Shown piece after piece: positions 62,168 to 64,000 of a stretch of 64,000 nucleotides of DNA. Source of the stretch: Mobula birostris (taxonomy: Eukaryota). Position 1 is the first letter of the stretch, and every line of letters starts with the position of its first letter. The notes under the pieces were generated by a model. The model saw only the letters and a list, made by a program, of their open reading frames with translations. It ran no database searches and had not been told where the DNA came from. The stretch lies in NCBI RefSeq assembly GCF_030028105.1, contig NC_092375.1, positions 182,501,250 to 182,565,249 of the forward strand, in the 5' to 3' direction. Made by a program: the position numbers and the translations under genes.

Positions 62168-62620
62168 GCAACACACATCAAATTTGCTGGTGAACGCAGC
62201 AGGCCAGGCAGCATCTCTAGGAAGAGGTACAGTCGCCGTTTCAGGCCGAGACCCTTCGTCAGGACTAACTGAAAGAAGAGCTAGTAAGAGATATGAAAGT
62301 GGAAGGGGAGGGGGAGATCCAAAATGATAGGAGAAGAAAGAGAGGGACGGATGATTTGCCAATCACCTGTCCAGCTCTTGGCTCCATCCCTCCCCCTCCT
62401 GTCTTCTCCTATCATTTTGGATCTCCCCCTCCCCCTCCCACTTTCAAATCCCTTACTCACTCTTCCTTCAGTTAGTCCTGACGAAGGGTCTCGGCCTGAA
62501 ACGTCGACTGCACCTCTTCCTACAGATGCCGCTTGGCCTGCTGCGTTCACCAGCAACTTTGATGTGTGTTGCTTGAATTTCCAGCATCTGCAGAATTCCT
62601 GTTGTTTGCGTTTTAAAAAA
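62168..62620. mobile_element. Inverted doublet of PLE termini with 15-bp TSD
   Basis: AAAGTACAAGATCAA at 62153-62167 and 62621-62635; arms about 62165-62336 and 62403-62575 are reverse complements. Confidence 0.85.
62473..62510 (+). ncRNA. Minimal type I hammerhead ribozyme (PLE-associated), core intact
   Basis: AGTC-CTGACGA-A-GGGT-CTCG-GCCT-GAAA-CG-TC^-GACT; stem I AGTC/GACT; palindromic ACGT in place of stem III. Confidence 0.75.
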
Positions 62621-62749
62621 AAAGTACAAGATCAATATGTTTCAGTGAGAAGTCAGGATAAGGATGGCAAGGTAAGGGAAACGGATGTTGAGAGAAGTTG
62701 TGAGTTTAGTCAAGAGAGAATAGGATGGATGCTGACCTTTGGAGTCCCC

Positions 62750-63228
62750 TGTCCTTGAAAATGTCATGGATTCTATGGAGGCTAGTACCCATGATGTAGT
62801 TGACCCAATTTAACAAGCCTATCTAGCTTACTTTAATCTTGTGCAGTAGCCCCATCCCATATCCCCATATCAGATGCTGATGCTGCCAGTTAGAATGCTC
62901 TCCATGTTACATCTGTAGAAAGTTGCAAGTGTTTTTTGTGACATACCAAATTTCCTCAAACTCCTAATGAAATATACCCACTGTCTTGCCTTCATTATAG
63001 AGATATTGACACCCAGGCACTTGAAATTGCTCACTCCTTCCTCTTCTGATCCCTCTATGAGGATTGGTATGTGTTCCGTCATCTTACCTTTTCTGAAGTC
63101 CACAATCAGCTCTTTGATCTTACTGCAACTGACACAACTCAACTAGCTGATATATCTCGCTCCTGTATGCCCTGGGCACCATCTGAGATTCTGCCGACAG
63201 AAGGTTGTATCGTCAGCAAATTTATAGA
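62750..63228 (-). mobile_element. Rex1/Babar fragment
   Basis: KARQWVYFIRSLRKFGMSQKTLATFYRCNMESILTG. Confidence 0.8.
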
Positions 63229-63444
63229 AGGACATGGAGAATGAAGTATTCTTAAACTATATATATCTTCTGTTTTTGCACTATTTTTAATCTATTTAAT
63301 ACAGTATATATATATACATATACTGCAATTGACTTACTTTTTTTTCTATATTATCGTGCATTGCATTGAACTGCTGCTGCTGTTAACAAATTTCACGACA
63401 CATGCCAGTGACAATGAACCTGATTCTGATCCTGATGGTAAGAT

Positions 63445-63680
63445 CAGTATTGTGCATGCAAATATACGAGGACATTTAGAGATGAAGAGGTGGCGTGCGG
63501 TTTCTTGAAGAACATTGTGGTGGACAATTCCCCGAGGACTGATGTGATATATCCCAGATTGTTGAGAGAGACAAGGAATGAGATTGCTGGATCTTTGATT
63601 AAGATCTTTGTGATCTTGCTAGTCATAGCTCCCTGAAAGTGGCCACAAAAATTGACAGGATATTAAAAAAGACATATGAT
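63445..63680 (+). mobile_element. Decayed CR1 fragments
   Basis: ttccccgaggactgatgtgatatatcccagattgttgagagag..gagattgctgg (SPGPDGIYPRLL-like). Confidence 0.6.
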
Positions 63681-63699
63681 ATGTTTTGATTTATTAGTT

Positions 63700-64000
63700 G
63701 AGTTAAGGTTCGTCCATCGTCATCGATGAAGACCTCGACACCATTAGTACTTTTTTTTTATGAGGTTGAGTTGCTAGCTCAACACTCAACCCGGCACGGA
63801 TGGAAAGTGTGCCCGGGAGCGGCCCGACTGGATTCAAACTCAGGAACCTTCACTCCGGAGTCCGACGCTGATGTCACTGCGCCACCAGCCGGCTTGAAGG
63901 TGTCGAGACTAGCGCTTGATTTGGATTTAAGTGAGGGAGCGTTGCGCAGCATCAGCCTCACTCTCTCTTCCCAATTCCCATCTGGATCCCGTGGCAAGAC
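63700..64000 (-). mobile_element. LINE 3' end (probably RTE-like) interrupted by the SINE; runs off the window
   Basis: Tail-like gttgagttaag; stem halves ctcgacacc and ggtgtcgag flank the SINE. Confidence 0.45.
63752..63893 (-). mobile_element. tRNA-derived SINE with poly(A) tail
   Basis: Minus strand begins gccggctggtggcgcagtg (A-box), gagtttgaatcc (B-box), and ends in an A-run. Confidence 0.7.

Larger units (their letters stand above)
61700..62735 (+). mobile_element. Decayed CR1 endonuclease-region fragment (host of the PLE doublet)
   Basis: GDFN..NINW, FLKSYVDSPTREGANLNLVMGNEPGQV. Confidence 0.75.

Overview
Vertebrate nuclear DNA that is largely intronic or intergenic and dominated by transposon relics. 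The repeat mix suggests a cartilaginous fish, probably a ray (inference). It includes CR1 LINEs with an SGNH-esterase ORF1, Rex1/Babar, RTE, Hero, Penelope-like elements (PLEs) with minimal hammerhead ribozymes, V-SINEs, Tc1/Passport and Tigger. Nearly all ORF-track entries are repeat-derived or antisense shadows. The largest coding items are a near-intact CR1 (55.3-59.1 kb; ORF2 broken by one in-frame TAA) and a frameshifted CR1 (38.7-41.4 kb) nested inside a Hero element. In the unique DNA I read three phase-compatible + strand exon candidates (32057-32154, 42718-42831, 50475-50628). They join into an unidentified protein C-terminus with weak PARP4/VWA5-like motifs. Other notable items: a TE-poor island (about 10.9-14.3 kb) with a striking T-box site cluster, two long imperfect palindromes (338-459, 53756-54041), and an inverted PLE doublet with a 15-bp TSD carrying one sequence-intact minimal hammerhead (62474-62510). 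I found no convincing evidence of a wholly new multi-gene system. Repeat boundaries are approximate (tens of bp) unless a TSD is quoted. Family calls are from motif recognition, not database searches.
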